Part shown: positions 1-12,030 of the stretch, piece by piece
How positions within the stretch are numbered: the stretch's first letter is position 1
How the letters are laid out: every line of letters begins with the position of its first letter
From: an uncultured Enterobacterales bacterium
Lineage (GTDB): Bacteria > Pseudomonadota > Gammaproteobacteria > Enterobacterales > CALYQQ01
Length of the DNA: 64,000 nucleotides
Direction: 5' to 3'
Assembly: GCA_945288535.1 (NCBI GenBank)
Contig: CALYQQ010000017.1
Span: 1,733 to 65,732, forward strand
Made by a program: the position numbers and the translations under genes
The notes under the pieces: model-generated
Told to the model about the DNA's origin: nothing
The model's input: only the letters and a program-made list of their open reading frames with translations
Database searches by the model: none

Positions 1-66
1 AAAGGATTTATGCCTATTACTCGTAGTATTGCTAAACCAACTACTTTTTTTAAGCAGAATATTAAA

Positions 67-756
67 ATGAATTTAGAAGACTTATTTATCACATCGACCT
101 TAACCGGTGTGATTAATAAACTGCCTGTTGCACCAACCAGAGCCGGTGAACTGGCATTTTTGAAGAAGAAGGCGTTACGACCACGTCTATTATTATCGAA
201 AGTCGTAATGGTCGATTATTTCTGGTGTCTAATATCAGCCGTAATGATGATCCCGCGCCGACTAAAAATAATAAACGTAAGTACCGTATCGTTGAAACAA
301 CGCATTTAGCAGCGTCTGACCAGTTATGCTTCGTGATTTACAAAATTTTAAGCCGTTCGGCGACAGTGTTAAAACTGACTATCAGGCGCAGGTCATCAAC
401 AATAAACTGGAAAAATGAAAACCAGTTTGGAAGTCACTCGTGAATTCCAACGCGTTGGTGCGTTACAAGGTCGTATTTTAGATGCGAATGGCGAAGTGAT
501 TTACGATCTGTACAAAAAATTTTGCGTCACTCAGAAGAAAATTATGGCGCCATTGGACGTTGAAACAACTAGTGAATCTAAGTTAACTGGTGTTTTAATG
601 ACAGGGTTTAAAGCCTTCTGCGGTTCAGCCTGGTTTGATCAGTTTACTGCCCATCCCAGTGTTGAAAAAGCCTATGCCAACTATCAGGAAGCGACTGACC
701 GTCTTGGCGGAGATATGCGTAAAGGCTTTAGGTACGATTACAAAACGTATTATTAA
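67..756 (+). pseudogene. Prophage major capsid protein (capsid-E family) remnant with two frameshifts and a C-terminal truncation
   Basis: ORF-track pieces 10..309, 225..443 and 415..756 are consecutive parts of one protein in three frames. They read MNLEDLFITSTLTGVINKLPVAPTRAGEL, then FEEEGVTTTSIIIESRNGRLFLVSNISRNDDPAP..ETTHLAASDQL, then MLRDLQNFKPFGDSV..KTSLEVTREFQRVGALQGRILDANGEVIYDLY. This is the pattern I recall for phage major capsid protein E-type proteins. The frame stops early at 756. Confidence 0.6.
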
Positions 757-1729
757 ACAAGACATTAAACAGTCATTACTGCCTTGCCTCATATATAACT
801 AAAAATGATTCTTCTTATTTAAATGAAAACAATCTATTGATTATTTGATAAATCTCGATTGTAGATAATAATAACTACGTATTTACAACGTAAATTTATC
901 TAAAGCAAGATGTAAACTTTTTCTACTTCAAAAGAAGTAAAAAATAGCAATGATACTGATAGGCTTCGCAAATATCTTGCCAAAATTAAATTAAGCTGAA
1001 AAACAAGCTAATTGTTTAAAGGCAATGTGATAAGACGTAAAACTTGAATCTTAATTGAATAGTTATGTTTATTTATATCGTGTTAATCGATTAAATACTA
1101 TTTATTATCAAACGATCTGTTGGCTTTAGTTCCTACCTAAATTAGGTCCGTTGTATTAAGGTAACTATACTTTCGCAGCGTTATATATAAGTTTTCCTAG
1201 TAAAAAAGAGTTTAATCATCAATCCAAAATATAAACATGGCCTAGGCTAACGCATTCAATTGTTTCTCAAATAGTTGCTATTCTTACTACTATTCAGTAT
1301 AACTATGCAGTTTTATCGGATTAACAATAATATAAGTTGATTACTTTTTGACCGCTCGTTGGTGTTATTGATAGCGATTATTAAACAAAATAATATAAAA
1401 GTAATACGCTAAATTAATAATTGCATCAGTTTATACCGTAAAAGGGTATCGTATTCATGATATTTTTATACGCTATTTAATAAAGGGAATTTTCCTATAG
1501 TGATAGTGTCTAATTGAGCCAAGAATTCTTTGATGCGCTAACTAAATCTGTTTATACTACCTATACCGTATTTAATTATTGGATTCTGCGGTATGGGCGA
1601 CAGACAATATCGGATAAATTTTTAGATATTGTTATTATATGAAATATTATTTTAGGTTATGATCACAGTCTAGCCATTAATTATCACAATTGAAATAAAG
1701 AATGTTATTTTTGTATTGTTGGAGGATCT

Positions 1730-1990
1730 ATGTTTCAGAAAGAAATAACTATTACTGCCCCTAACGGCCTGCATACGCGCCCAGCAGCCCAGTTCGTAAA
1801 AGAAGCAAAAGCATTTTCTTCAGAAATTACGGTAACTACTTCAGAAGGTAAAAGTGCTAGTGCTAAAAGCCTGTTTAAATTACAAACCCTTGGTTTAGCT
1901 AAAGGAGCTGTTATAACCATTAGCGCCGAAGGTGAAGACGAAGAACAAGCCGTTGAGTATTTAACAAAACTATTACCTGAACTGGAATAA
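1730..1990 (+). CDS. ptsH: Phosphocarrier protein HPr
   Basis: 86 aa, [27 protein letters not shown]. It has the active-site His15 context and is near-identical in pattern to enterobacterial HPr. GGAGG Shine-Dalgarno upstream; followed by ptsI and crr. Confidence 0.97.
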   Translation: MFQKEITITAPNGLHTRPAAQFVKEAKAFSSEITVTTSEGKSASAKSLFKLQTLGLAKGAVITISAEGEDEEQAVEYLTKLLPELE

Positions 1991-2034
1991 TTTTCCAAAT
2001 TATCAATTTTAGCAATTAAAAGGAAAGTAGGTTT

Positions 2035-3762
2035 ATGATTTCAGGTATCTTAGTATCGCCAGGTATTGCATTTGGCAAAGCATTGTTGCTAAAAGATGAC
2101 CCTATCATTATCAACAGTAAAAAAATTTCTAAGGAAGAAGTTCCTTATGAAGTTGATCGTTTCAAGAAAGCTCGTAATGAAGCAAGCGAGCAGTTGCATG
2201 CGATCATGGCCAAAGCCCGGGATACGCTTGGCGAAGAAAAAGCCGCTATCTTCGAAGGGCATATTATGCTACTTGAAGATGAAGACTTGGAACAAGAAAT
2301 TGAAAGCCGTATTCAAACCAAGTTAGAAACTGCTGATGCAGCTATTCAAGCTGTATTTGAAGCCCAGGCTCTTGAACTAGAAAGCCTTGATGATGAGTAT
2401 TTAAAAGAACGTGCTGCTGATATTCGCGATATCGGAAAACGTCTTTTAAAGAATATTTTAAACATGCACATTGTTGATTTAAGTGCTATTAGTGAAGAGT
2501 CGATTTTAATTGCTACAGATCTGACCCCATCAGAAACAGCACAACTTAATCTCGATAAAGTTCTTGGTTTCATTACAGATATTGGCGGCCGGACATCGCA
2601 TACCTCAATTATGGCTCGTTCTTTAGAGTTACCTGCTATTGTAGGTACTACAAATGCGACGCAAGAAATCAAGAATGGTGATTTCGTTATACTTGATGGT
2701 GTTAATAACAAAATTTACGTTAATCCTTCAAACGACATTATTGACGAACAGAAAAAAATTCAAGTTGAATTTATTAACGAAAAAAATGAATTAGCTAAGT
2801 TAAAAGATCTCCCCGCTATTACATTGGATGGTCACCAAGTTGAAGTTTGCGCTAACATTGGCACAATTCGTGATGTAGCTGGCGCTGAACGTAATGGTGC
2901 AGAAGGTGTGGGACTTTATCGCACAGAATTTCTCTTTATGGATCGAGATGCTTTTCCAAGCGAAGAAGAACAATTTAAAGCTTATAAAGCCGTTGCAGAA
3001 GCTATGGGCACGCAGGCCGTCATAGTCCGGACAATGGATATTGGTGGTGATAAAGATCTACCGTATATGGATTTACCAAAAGAAGAAAACCCATTCTTAG
3101 GATGGCGTGCTATTCGGATCTCGCTTGATCGTAAAGAAATTTTGCATGCACAATTACGTGCTATTTTGCGTGCATCGGCTTTTGGTAAATTACGCATTAT
3201 GTTCCCGATGATTATTTCAGTGGAAGAAATTCGTTTACTGAAACAAGAAATAGCAATATTAAAGAGCCAATTAAAAGAAGAAGGCAAAGCTTACGATGAA
3301 AATATCGAAGTTGGCGTAATGGTTGAAACACCTGCTGCCGCAGTTATTGCCCAACATTTGGCTAAAGAAGTTGATTTCTTCAGTATTGGCACTAATGATT
3401 TAACACAATATACTTTAGCTGTAGACCGTGGAAATGAACTTATTTCTCACCTTTACAATCCTATGTCACCTGCTGTATTAGCGCTAATAAAACAAGTTAT
3501 TGACGCTTCTCATAAAGAAGGTAAATGGACTGGTATGTGTGGTGAATTAGCCGGTGATGAAAGAGCAACCTTATTATTGTTAGGAATGGGATTAGATGAA
3601 TTTAGTATGAGTGCTATTTCGATCCCACGGATTAAGAAAATTATCCGTAATACTAACTTTAAGGATACACAAGCGTTAGCTGAACAGGCTCTTGCTCAAC
3701 CAACAGCACAACAAGTTATGGACGTTGTTAATACGTTTATTAAAGAAAAAACATTGTGCTAA
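2035..3762 (+). CDS. ptsI: PTS enzyme I (phosphoenolpyruvate-protein phosphotransferase)
   Basis: 575 aa, [19 protein letters not shown], with [21 protein letters not shown] (active-site His) and the C-terminal PEP-utilising domain. Canonical ptsH-ptsI-crr order. Confidence 0.97.
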   Translation: MISGILVSPGIAFGKALLLKDDPIIINSKKISKEEVPYEVDRFKKARNEASEQLHAIMAKARDTLGEEKAAIFEGHIMLLEDEDLEQEIESRIQTKLETADAAIQAVFEAQALELESLDDEYLKERAADIRDIGKRLLKNILNMHIVDLSAISEESILIATDLTPSETAQLNLDKVLGFITDIGGRTSHTSIMARSLELPAIVGTTNATQEIKNGDFVILDGVNNKIYVNPSNDIIDEQKKIQVEFINEKNELAKLKDLPAITLDGHQVEVCANIGTIRDVAGAERNGAEGVGLYRTEFLFMDRDAFPSEEEQFKAYKAVAEAMGTQAVIVRTMDIGGDKDLPYMDLPKEENPFLGWRAIRISLDRKEILHAQLRAILRASAFGKLRIMFPMIISVEEIRLLKQEIAILKSQLKEEGKAYDENIEVGVMVETPAAAVIAQHLAKEVDFFSIGTNDLTQYTLAVDRGNELISHLYNPMSPAVLALIKQVIDASHKEGKWTGMCGELAGDERATLLLLGMGLDEFSMSAISIPRIKKIIRNTNFKDTQALAEQALAQPTAQQVMDVVNTFIKEKTLC

Positions 3763-3808
3763 TTCGTTGTTAAGAGTACTGATTAACTAACTGCATTAGG
3801 AGAAAATC

Positions 3809-4318
3809 ATGGGTTTATTCGACAAATTAAAACAACTTGTTTCTGATGATCAGAAAGATTCTGGATATATCGATATCATAGCACCTATTTCTGGAGAAAT
3901 AGTCAATATTGAAGATGTACCAGATGTCGTATTTGCAGAAAAAATTGTAGGTGATGGTATTGCCATTAAACCTGCTGGTAACAAAATGGTTGCCCCAGTT
4001 GATGGTGTAATTGGTAAAATTTTTGAAACTAATCACGCTTTTTCAATTGAGTCTGATACAGGTATCGAGCTGTTTGTTCACTTTGGTATAGATACTGTTG
4101 AATTAAAAGGTGAAGGATTCAAACGCATCGCTGAAGAAGGCCAAAAAGTTAAGGTTGGCGACACTGTTATTGAATTCGATCTCCCTATATTAGAAGAAAA
4201 AGCGCGTTCTGTATTAACACCTGTTATTATCTCTAATCCAGATGAAATGAAAGAGCTGGTCAAGCTGAGTGGAACCGTTGTTGTCGGAGAAACACCTGTT
4301 ATCCGTGTAAAAAGATAA
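3809..4318 (+). CDS. crr: Glucose-specific PTS component EIIA(Glc)
   Basis: 169 aa, [14 protein letters not shown]..., with the [29 protein letters not shown] motifs typical of Crr. Confidence 0.97.
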   Translation: MGLFDKLKQLVSDDQKDSGYIDIIAPISGEIVNIEDVPDVVFAEKIVGDGIAIKPAGNKMVAPVDGVIGKIFETNHAFSIESDTGIELFVHFGIDTVELKGEGFKRIAEEGQKVKVGDTVIEFDLPILEEKARSVLTPVIISNPDEMKELVKLSGTVVVGETPVIRVKR

Positions 4319-4334
4319 CGCGTACGTCTTACCT

Positions 4335-4364
4335 AAAAACCAGATAGCGATATCTGGTTTTTTT
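4335..4364 (+). terminator. Rho-independent terminator after crr
   Basis: Hairpin CCAGATA-GCGA-TATCTGG (4340-4357), preceded by an A-run and followed by a T7 run. Confidence 0.7.
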
Positions 4365-4536
4365 ATTGGTTATTTTTTATAACAAAACACATAAAAGTTT
4401 TTTAATAACTTTTGCGTAAATGACGTTTTTATACAAGATTAGAAAGTTAAATCATTGTAAATTCTCTTTCTCTATAGCAAATTATCGCTATGCTTAATGC
4501 ATTCATAATACTTATTTTAATATATTACCTATTCAT

Positions 4537-5721
4537 ATGCATAAGCGTCTAAAATCTAAACTTATTATTTTTTTTGTTATACTTATTCTCTCTGTTATTG
4601 CACTTTTTGTTAAAACGGCATTTTGGCCTAACAAAGAAAAAGTACAATACATTACAGCGGTTGCAACTAAGGGTAATCTAGAACAGGCCGTTTTAGCCGA
4701 TGGTAGCGTCGAAGCATCTAAATTAGTTAATGTCGGTGCCCAGGTTTCCGGTCAGATTAAAGCCCTTCATGTTAAATTAGGTGATAGAGTCACAAAAGGC
4801 CAACTTATCGCCGATATCGATGATTTGACACAACAAAATAATTTAAAAGAAGCTAAAGCAAATTTAAATAATCTTGAGGCTCAGCGCGCATCTAAAATTG
4901 CGATGCTGCACTATAATCAAGCTGAATATGACAGACAAGAGAGTTTATTCGCCCAAAAAGCAGGTGCAAAAGCAGATTATGATAAAGCGAAAGCGAATCT
5001 TGACTCTACCAAAGCAGATATTGAAGCATTAAATGCACAAATAATTAAAGCACAAATATCTGTTGATACGGCTAACTTAAACTTAGGCTATACCAAAATA
5101 ACCGCACCTATTGAAGGGATTGTTGTTAGTACAGATGTTGAAGAAGGCCAAACTGTTAATGCGGTACAAAGTGCGCCCACGATTGTGCAAGTTGCTCAAC
5201 TTGATACTGTCACTATTAAAGCTCAAATTTCTGAAGCAGATGTAACTAAAGTATCTGTTGGCATGCCCGTTTATTTTACTATTCTTGACGACGCGAATAC
5301 ACGTTACTATGGTAAATTACGTAAAATAGAACCAGTACCTAGTGATTATAGTAGTAGTAAATCTACCTCTAGCTTAAGTACAACCAGTGCAATTTACTAT
5401 AATGGGTTATTCGATGTACCCAATAGCGATGGTAAATTTCGTATATCTATGACAACACAAGTGTATATTATGCTAAAAGAGAGTAAAGATACGCTTCTTG
5501 TTCCAGCCACAGCGTTACTTTTATTAAAGGATAATAAAGCTACAATTCAGGTCGTAAAGGATAATGGTCAAATAGAAAAACGTAAAGTGACTGTAGGTAT
5601 TAATGATAATGTTAATGCTGAAATCCTCTCTGGTTTAGGCGAAGGCGAACGCGTTATCATCAGTTCAATGAGTGGACGATCCACTACAGCAAATAATCGC
5701 GGCATAAGAATGAGGATGTAA
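4537..5721 (+). CDS. macA: Macrolide/peptide efflux periplasmic adaptor (HlyD/MFP family) MacA
   Basis: 394 aa with an N-terminal TM helix and [30 protein letters not shown] (lipoyl-like domain). A coiled-coil region and [12 protein letters not shown] are also present. Directly upstream of macB. Confidence 0.85.
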   Translation: MHKRLKSKLIIFFVILILSVIALFVKTAFWPNKEKVQYITAVATKGNLEQAVLADGSVEASKLVNVGAQVSGQIKALHVKLGDRVTKGQLIADIDDLTQQNNLKEAKANLNNLEAQRASKIAMLHYNQAEYDRQESLFAQKAGAKADYDKAKANLDSTKADIEALNAQIIKAQISVDTANLNLGYTKITAPIEGIVVSTDVEEGQTVNAVQSAPTIVQVAQLDTVTIKAQISEADVTKVSVGMPVYFTILDDANTRYYGKLRKIEPVPSDYSSSKSTSSLSTTSAIYYNGLFDVPNSDGKFRISMTTQVYIMLKESKDTLLVPATALLLLKDNKATIQVVKDNGQIEKRKVTVGINDNVNAEILSGLGEGERVIISSMSGRSTTANNRGIRMRM

Positions 5722-5722
5722 T

Positions 5723-7690
5723 ATGAGTCTGCCGTTATTAGAACTTCGTGATATTGTTAGGCAATTTCCTGCCGGTGAAAGCACTATTACTGTATTAAAA
5801 AAAATTAATTTAACGATTAATCGTGGTGAAATGGTCGCTATTGTCGGTGCCTCTGGGTCGGGCAAATCAACATTAATGAATATTTTAGGTTGCCTGGATA
5901 AACCGAGCAGTGGAATATATAAAATAGCGGGCCGTTCTACTCATAAGCTTTCAGCCGATGAACTTGCTGAATTACGCCGTGAACATCTTGGTTTTATCTT
6001 TCAGCGCTATCACTTACTTAATGGTTTAACTGCCAGGGCTAATGTTGAAATTCCGGCGATCTATGCGGGTATAGATAAACATACACGTTATCAACGAGCG
6101 AAAATGTTATTAGAGCAACTCGGCTTAGGTAAGCGTATTAATTATCGACCAAATCAGCTATCCGGTGGGCAACAGCAACGTGTTAGTATTGCCAGAGCAC
6201 TAATGAATGGCGGGCAAATTATACTTGCTGATGAACCAACAGGGGCATTAGACAAACAGAGTGGACAAGATGTCTTAGCAATATTGAAGAAATTGCATGC
6301 ACAAGGGCATACCGTTATTATTGTTACTCATGATATGCAAATTGCAGAATATGCAGAACGAATTATAGAAATTAGTGATGGTGTTATTATCGCTGATCGC
6401 TGCCAACAAAAGACGCATGATACGCATGCCCAGGCTTCTCATGCTACCAAGACTATGGTACATACCAAAACAATTAATAACTGGCATACATTATTAGATC
6501 GTTTTACTGATGCTTTTAAAATGGCTTTATTAGCTATGTCCACTCAGCGCTTACGTACTTTTTTAACTATGTTAGGTATTATTATTGGTATTGCCTCTGT
6601 TGTTTCAGTAGTCGCATTAGGACAAGGTTCCAGACAAAAAATTCTTAATGATATTAGTGCGATGGGAACAAGTACCTTAGAAGTGTTTCCTGGTGAGAAA
6701 TTTGGTGATAGGAAAGCCGCTTCGATAAAAACGCTACGTCCAAGTGATGTGGATGCTATTCGTCAACAAAATTACGTGCATAGTGTCACACCTTCAGTTA
6801 GCAGCAGTAAAATATTACGTGTGGGCAATAAATCTTATACAGGATCGGTAAATGGTGTAGGTGAACAATTTTTTGATGTTAGAAATTATACCCTATCGAT
6901 AGGAATGGCATTTAATAAGCAAAGTGTTGCTAATCTAGCACAAGAGGCCGTGATTGATGAGCAAACCCGCCAACAATTATTTGGTGATGATACCAATCCA
7001 TTAGGAAAAATTATTTTACTGGGAAATTTACCGGCCAAGGTAATTGGTGTCGTTGAAGATAAACAATCGAGTTTTGGACGTAGTGAAAATTTAAATGTTT
7101 GGATCCCCTACACTACTGCATTAAGTAAAATGTTAGGCCAAACTTATTTGAGAAATATTACAGTACGTATCAAAGATGATATTGATATGCTGGTAGCTGA
7201 ACAAGGCATTGAACATTTATTGACTCAACGCCATCGAACTAAAGATTTTTTTATATTTAATACTGATACTATTCGCCAAACGATTGAAAGCACAACGGCC
7301 ACCATGGCGTTACTTGTTTCAATGATTGCTTTAATTTCACTAGTCGTTGGTGGAATAGGCGTAATGAATATTATGTTGGTCTCAGTGACAGAACGTACAC
7401 GTGAAATTGGTGTTCGTATGGCTGTCGGTGCTCGCTCTAATGATATTATGCAACAATTTTTAATTGAAGCAATCTTAGTCTGCCTCATTGGTGGCATATT
7501 AGGTATTTTTCTTTCATTCGTTGTCGGTTGGTTATTTGCTATTTTTTCTACGAACTTCAGTATGATTTATTCCTGGCTTTCGATTATTGCTGCCTTTATT
7601 TGTTCAACAGGGATCGGTATTGTTTTTGGTTTCTTCCCTGCGAGACGTGCTGCCAAATTAGAGCCTATTCATGCATTAGAACGAGAATAA
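5723..7690 (+). CDS. macB: ABC transporter ATPase/permease fusion MacB
   Basis: 655 aa with Walker [10 protein letters not shown], signature [15 protein letters not shown] and Walker [12 protein letters not shown]. These are followed by an FtsX-type permease with a large periplasmic domain. The start lies 1 nt after the macA stop. Confidence 0.9.
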   Translation: MSLPLLELRDIVRQFPAGESTITVLKKINLTINRGEMVAIVGASGSGKSTLMNILGCLDKPSSGIYKIAGRSTHKLSADELAELRREHLGFIFQRYHLLNGLTARANVEIPAIYAGIDKHTRYQRAKMLLEQLGLGKRINYRPNQLSGGQQQRVSIARALMNGGQIILADEPTGALDKQSGQDVLAILKKLHAQGHTVIIVTHDMQIAEYAERIIEISDGVIIADRCQQKTHDTHAQASHATKTMVHTKTINNWHTLLDRFTDAFKMALLAMSTQRLRTFLTMLGIIIGIASVVSVVALGQGSRQKILNDISAMGTSTLEVFPGEKFGDRKAASIKTLRPSDVDAIRQQNYVHSVTPSVSSSKILRVGNKSYTGSVNGVGEQFFDVRNYTLSIGMAFNKQSVANLAQEAVIDEQTRQQLFGDDTNPLGKIILLGNLPAKVIGVVEDKQSSFGRSENLNVWIPYTTALSKMLGQTYLRNITVRIKDDIDMLVAEQGIEHLLTQRHRTKDFFIFNTDTIRQTIESTTATMALLVSMIALISLVVGGIGVMNIMLVSVTERTREIGVRMAVGARSNDIMQQFLIEAILVCLIGGILGIFLSFVVGWLFAIFSTNFSMIYSWLSIIAAFICSTGIGIVFGFFPARRAAKLEPIHALERE

Positions 7691-7705
7691 CGGAAAATAG
7701 TAATA

Positions 7706-7741
7706 AGAAACCCGAATTTTATAGTATAAATTCGGGTTCTT
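7706..7741. terminator. Bidirectional hairpin terminator between convergent macB and gltX
   Basis: 11-bp stem AACCCGAATTT / AAATTCGGGTT (7709-7719 and 7728-7738) with an 8-nt loop, flanked by A/T runs. Confidence 0.6.
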
Positions 7742-7757
7742 GCATTGATGAACAACA

Positions 7758-9179
7758 CTATTGGTTTATATTGGCTTCTCGTTGAGAAATATAATGAAGT
7801 GCTTGTTGAATACGGCTTAATGTTCTTGTCCGACCAATAGCATGAATTGTCGCATCAACTGAAGGTGATTGCCCCATACCTGTAACAGCAACCCTTAAAG
7901 GCATGCCGACCTTCCCCATGCCAACGCTAAGTTGATCTGCTGTATCTTGAATAGCTTTATGAATAGCAGCTATCGACCAATCGGTTAATTGCGATAACTT
8001 CTCAAGAACGGTTTCAAGCGGTTGGCGAGCAATAGGACGCAGATGTTTTTTTGCTGCATCTTCATCGTAGCTAGAAAAATCTTCATAGAAATAACGACAA
8101 GCTAGTGCCATTTCTTTTAATGTCTTACAACGTTCCGCCAATAATTTGACGATCTCTACTAATTGTGGTCCATTACGTGTATTGAATCCTTGTTCATGAA
8201 TATGCCAAGACAAATGTACTGCAACATACTCAGGTGGCAAAGTGTTTATATAATGGTGATTTAACCATAGTAATTTTTCTGTATTAAACGCGCTTGCTGA
8301 TTTACTAATAGCATCCAGACTAAAAAACTCTACCATTTCTTCACGAGTAAAGATCTCTTGGTCACCATGTGACCAACCTAAACGAACCAGATAGTTTAGC
8401 AATGCCTCTGGAAGATAGCCATCATCACGATACTGCATAACACTCACTGCACCGTGGCGTTTTGACAATTTTTTACCATCGTCACCAAGGATCATCGATA
8501 CATGAGCATATTCTGGAATAGGTGCGCCTAACGCTTTAAGGATATTTATTTGACGAGGTGTATTATTGATATGGTCTTCACCACGGATCACATGGGTTAT
8601 TTCCATATCCCAATCATCAACAACAACACAAAAATTATAGGTTGGTGAGCCATCGGTACGGCGAATAATTAAGTCATCTAATTCATCATTACTAATTTCA
8701 ATAGGCCCTCGAATACGATCATCGAATACCACAGAGCCTTCTTGTGGATTACGAAAACGAACAACGTGCGGTTCTGTTACATCATAATGTGTATTACAAT
8801 CACGACATTTTCCGTCATAACGTGGTTTTTCACCCTTTGCCATCTGTTGTTCACGTAGCTCTTCCAGACGCTCTTTAGAGCAGTAGCATCGATAAGCTGT
8901 TCCCTTCTCTAGCATTTCATCAATCACAGCATTATAACGATCAAAACGCTTAGTCTGAAAATAAGGACCTTCATCCCAATTTAATGACAACCAGCTCATC
9001 CCTTCCATAATAGCATCAATAGCTTCTTTGGTTGAGCGTTCTAAATCTGTATCTTCGATGCGTAGCACAAAGTCACCATCATAATGACGTGTAAACAGCC
9101 AGGAATACAATGCAGTGCGAGCACCACCAACATGCAAATAACCTGTGGGGCTAGGCGCAAAACGTGTTTTAATTTTCAT
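7758..9179 (-). CDS. gltX: Glutamate--tRNA ligase
   Basis: [29 protein letters not shown] (HIGH motif), KLSKRHG (KMSKS-type) and a Cys cluster CYCS..C. The ORF-track start at 9191 adds 4 residues; the MKIKTRF start at 9179 matches E. coli GltX. Confidence 0.95.
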   Translation of the reverse strand: MKIKTRFAPSPTGYLHVGGARTALYSWLFTRHYDGDFVLRIEDTDLERSTKEAIDAIMEGMSWLSLNWDEGPYFQTKRFDRYNAVIDEMLEKGTAYRCYCSKERLEELREQQMAKGEKPRYDGKCRDCNTHYDVTEPHVVRFRNPQEGSVVFDDRIRGPIEISNDELDDLIIRRTDGSPTYNFCVVVDDWDMEITHVIRGEDHINNTPRQINILKALGAPIPEYAHVSMILGDDGKKLSKRHGAVSVMQYRDDGYLPEALLNYLVRLGWSHGDQEIFTREEMVEFFSLDAISKSASAFNTEKLLWLNHHYINTLPPEYVAVHLSWHIHEQGFNTRNGPQLVEIVKLLAERCKTLKEMALACRYFYEDFSSYDEDAAKKHLRPIARQPLETVLEKLSQLTDWSIAAIHKAIQDTADQLSVGMGKVGMPLRVAVTGMGQSPSVDATIHAIGRTRTLSRIQQALHYISQREANINQ

Positions 9180-9477
9180 ATATGATCTCATTCATCGCTT
9201 TATTTGATGGAAATAAATAGAGTCAAAGCCTAAACAACTCAACGCTACTTTGTAGTTAATTAAGGCCTAATTTATAGGTAAACTTAAATTATCTTTAATG
9301 CCTACGCTGCTCATGCTCGATTAAACAAAATTTTTTAATCGGTCTATATTCTATCGGTTAGCTAGCAAATCCACAATTATTACTCTTTATAGAATAGTGG
9401 CTAATAAAGATATCTTATTCTAAAACAACCATATTGCTTAAATTTAAGGCAACCAATCAAAAAATAAAAAAAAACAA

Positions 9478-9505
9478 TTGACTCTTGCGTCTCGTCCCCT
9501 ATAAT
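9478..9505 (+). promoter_or_regulatory. Sigma70 promoter of the tRNA Val-Val-Val-Lys operon
   Basis: TTGACT (9478-9483), a 16-bp spacer, then TATAAT (9500-9505). This is followed by the GC-rich discriminator GCCCCCCAC about 18 nt before the first tRNA, as is typical of stringently controlled stable-RNA promoters. Confidence 0.6.
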
Positions 9506-9523
9506 GCCCCCCACACGCAAGAG

Positions 9524-9599
9524 GGGTGATTAGCTCAGTTGGGAGAGCACCTCCCTTACAAGGAGGGGGTCACTGGTTCGAACCCGGTATCACCCACCA
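9524..9599 (+). tRNA. tRNA-Val (anticodon UAC), copy 1
   Basis: 76 nt, GGGTGATTAGCTCAGTTGGGAGAGCACCTCCCTTACAAGGAGG...ATCACCCACCA. Cloverleaf with 7-bp acceptor stem, anticodon loop CTTACAA and encoded CCA. Confidence 0.97.
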
Positions 9600-9625
9600 A
9601 GTGTTAACAATAGTGTAATAATAAT

Positions 9626-9701
9626 GGGTGATTAGCTCAGTTGGGAGAGCACCTCCCTTACAAGGAGGGGGTCACTGGTTCGAACCCGGTATCACCCACC
9701 A
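9626..9701 (+). tRNA. tRNA-Val (anticodon UAC), copy 2
   Basis: Identical 76-nt sequence to copy 1, after a 26-nt spacer. Confidence 0.97.
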
Positions 9702-9756
9702 AATTATTATGTACTCAGTTAATACACCTTTTGCGGGAATAAGAAGATTATGTGTT

Positions 9757-9832
9757 GGGTGATTAGCTCAGTTGGGAGAGCACCTCCCTTACAAGGAGGG
9801 GGTCACTGGTTCGAACCCGGTATCACCCACCA
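9757..9832 (+). tRNA. tRNA-Val (anticodon UAC), copy 3
   Basis: Identical 76-nt sequence to copy 1, after a 55-nt spacer. Confidence 0.97.
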
Positions 9833-9839
9833 AACACAT

Positions 9840-9915
9840 GGGTCGTTAGCTCAGTCGGTAGAGCAGCGGACTTTTAATCCGTTTGTCGAAGGTTCGATTC
9901 CTTCACGACCCACCA
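9840..9915 (+). tRNA. tRNA-Lys (anticodon UUU)
   Basis: GGGTCGTTAGCTCAGTCGGTAGAGCAGCGGACTTTTAATCCGT...CACGACCCACCA. Anticodon loop CTTTTAA and encoded CCA. The arrangement mirrors E. coli valU-valX-valY-lysV, divergent from gltX. Confidence 0.97.
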
Positions 9916-9953
9916 ATATCTTTTTCTAGGATGTTATATTTCTCTCAGAAAGT

Positions 9954-9985
9954 AAAAAAACCATATTATTTAATACGGTTTTTTT
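9954..9985 (+). terminator. Possible weak AT-rich terminator after the tRNA operon
   Basis: A7-CCATATTA..TAATACGG-T7 imperfect hairpin with one mismatch and a tiny loop. Confidence 0.35.
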
Positions 9986-10261
9986 GTCTGTATTTTCTTC
10001 TCTATATCAAAGATATTAGCTAGATGCATTATAAATGCCTGTAGTTATGACATATCCTTATACTAGTTAATCTATTTATAACGAAGATAGTTAATTTAAA
10101 TGTCACGATCAAAAAAAATTATTGTTTTTGTTTAAATTAAAAAATAATAGACCTATGTTTTCCTCTTTGTGAGCTCCCTCCTCTTGTTCATCAAAACTAA
10201 AAAAGCTCGAAATTAAAAAATGTATTCAATGAATAAGTAGTTACTACATTATTTACAGTCA

Positions 10262-11818
10262 TTATAAAATAATTGCATTCAATTTTTGATATTCATCAAA
10301 TGCATAATGATCTGTCATACCACTGATATAATCGACTATTAAGCGACAACGATAATAAAACTCCCATAATGGGAGATCATCGGTCATCGATGTTTTTTTC
10401 TTTATCTCACTCATTACTTCACAATAAGCATGGCGGTGTTTAGGCGGTAATTTGTGAAAAAGCCGCGTTTCAATAAGATATTTTTTATGATAATCTTGTT
10501 CAATTAATTCTTCAAAATCATTTAAAGGAATACAGAGTAAAGAGTGATAGTTATCTAATAGTCCCGATAATATCTTATACCCTTGTATTTCTCGCAATTC
10601 TACTTCTTCATATTTGAAGACATACTCAATAGCTATACGCTTATAAATGGCCAGTAAATTTGTCTCTGCTATCTTATTTTGAGATCCTTCAATAATAAGT
10701 GGTTGATTGAAATTACCTTGAAAGATGGCTGGTAAATTATCGATGAAACGTTGAGTACAATAATTAACCATCGCTTGGACGGTATTTGTACGTATGTTCA
10801 TAAAAAAAATATTATTTTGGCTACGATAACTATATTTTTTATCTGTCGCTTTTTTATATGCTTTATCAACCGTGTAACTAAAAAGATCTTTCCCTGTTAA
10901 TGGACCATGTAATTTTTTCCATGCTGAGAGAAGTGCAGCATAAAGGCTTTCAACATTTAAAATGGATTTTTCTACGGCATCTTCTAAATCTGCCAAGCAA
11001 TAAGATATATCGTCAGCAGCTTCCATAATATAGGTTAATGGGTGTCGGCTATAAGGTGCCATTTCTAACGTTGACCACAATTCTGTAATAAATGCTTCCT
11101 CTGCTAAATAATAACCTGGCTTTTTCATCAAATAATTATAATCAATTAATGTTTTATTATTTAATACGTCCTCATATGTCATATAAGCAGGTCGTGTATA
11201 TTTAAGAATACATGCCGTTTGTGCATAGGTTAAATTGAGCTTTTGTAAAGTATTAATAAGACGAATACCTTGGGCATTTCCTTCAAAATGACATAAATCT
11301 GTCATAATTTTCTGCTTTAATGATTGATTCACCGCTATTTTGTCAAAATAAGCTTTTATTTTACTCTGATGCGAATGCCCTTCTGCCAAATGCTGTCTAA
11401 ACCAATCATTTATAGCGGCTTCACCAAAATGGCCAAAAGGAGGATTACCAATATCATGCATTAAACAAGCCATTTCAACTAAGCTTTCAAAAGGTACTTT
11501 ATATTGACTTAAATGGTAAGTGGTTAATAAGTCATTTTCATCTAGCTTATTGAGAATTTCTTTCGCTATATAGCGGCCAACTTGTTGTACTTCCATTGAG
11601 TGTGTCAGACGACTGCGCACAGCTGAATTTCGTTCTAAAGGAAAAACTTGTGTTTTTTGCTGCAATCTACGCACTGGTGCAGAATTAAGAATGCGACCTC
11701 GATCGCTTTCAAAATAACGAATAATATCGTATTCATTTTTAAATTGACTATTATTCCCCCCAAATTGACGTTTAACTGACATCCTTTTACTAAAATCAAT
11801 TTCAGACATAGGTTTCAC
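10262..11818 (-). CDS. dgt: dGTP triphosphohydrolase
   Basis: FESDRGRILNSAPVRRLQQKTQVFPLERNSAVRSRLTHSMEVQQVGRYIAKEIL and HDIGNPPFGH (HD domain) match E. coli Dgt closely. The start may be the internal MSEIDF (11809). Confidence 0.9.
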   Translation of the reverse strand: MKPMSEIDFSKRMSVKRQFGGNNSQFKNEYDIIRYFESDRGRILNSAPVRRLQQKTQVFPLERNSAVRSRLTHSMEVQQVGRYIAKEILNKLDENDLLTTYHLSQYKVPFESLVEMACLMHDIGNPPFGHFGEAAINDWFRQHLAEGHSHQSKIKAYFDKIAVNQSLKQKIMTDLCHFEGNAQGIRLINTLQKLNLTYAQTACILKYTRPAYMTYEDVLNNKTLIDYNYLMKKPGYYLAEEAFITELWSTLEMAPYSRHPLTYIMEAADDISYCLADLEDAVEKSILNVESLYAALLSAWKKLHGPLTGKDLFSYTVDKAYKKATDKKYSYRSQNNIFFMNIRTNTVQAMVNYCTQRFIDNLPAIFQGNFNQPLIIEGSQNKIAETNLLAIYKRIAIEYVFKYEEVELREIQGYKILSGLLDNYHSLLCIPLNDFEELIEQDYHKKYLIETRLFHKLPPKHRHAYCEVMSEIKKKTSMTDDLPLWEFYYRCRLIVDYISGMTDHYAFDEYQKLNAIIL

Positions 11819-12030
11819 TCCATTTAGAAATAACCTTCAGCAATATAGTTTCTAATTTATTAATTGTTATGGCAAATAGCCAATTAGAATAACTTAAAAT
11901 ACCATCAGCAATATTTTATTATCTGTAATTGTAACTAACTTACAATTTAATTCTCATTACCTTTACTACATGAGCATGGTAAACTTAGTAATGCCTACTT
12001 TTTAATTTACATAATACAGTGAGACGCATA

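Noticed and set aside
1658-1673. CRP-like site TATGA-N6-TCTAG about 60 nt upstream of ptsH.
   Set aside because: Only about 7 of 10 core positions match TGTGA-N6-TCACA. In AT-rich DNA this is within the chance expectation.
757-1729. Roughly 970-bp ORF-free AT-rich stretch upstream of ptsH. I looked for a cysK relic, an sRNA or a riboswitch.
   Set aside because: I found no recognisable CysK fragments, no conserved structured motif and no convincing promoter-terminator pair. It is treated as a decayed spacer plus the pts regulatory region.
1735-1998. ORF-track entries antisense to, or out of frame within, well-supported genes. Examples: 1735..1998(-), 2096..2326, 2346..2711(-), 2982..3287(-), 3827..4036(-), 6275..6487(-), 7225..7497(-), 22535..22843, 27438..27632, 32779..32961, 40917..41186(-), 43057..43254(-), 48193..48894 set, 49150..49332, 49873..50388 set, 52556..52840(-), 57802..57999(-), 61714..62025(-), 63191..63379.
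   Set aside because: Each lies entirely inside a longer ORF with clear homology. They have low-complexity or odd composition and no SD, so they are shadow ORFs.
7528-7785. ORF 7528..7785 (85 aa) spanning the macB 3' end and the terminator.
   Set aside because: It is out of frame within macB, runs through the terminator hairpin and has a Cys/Phe-rich nonsense composition.
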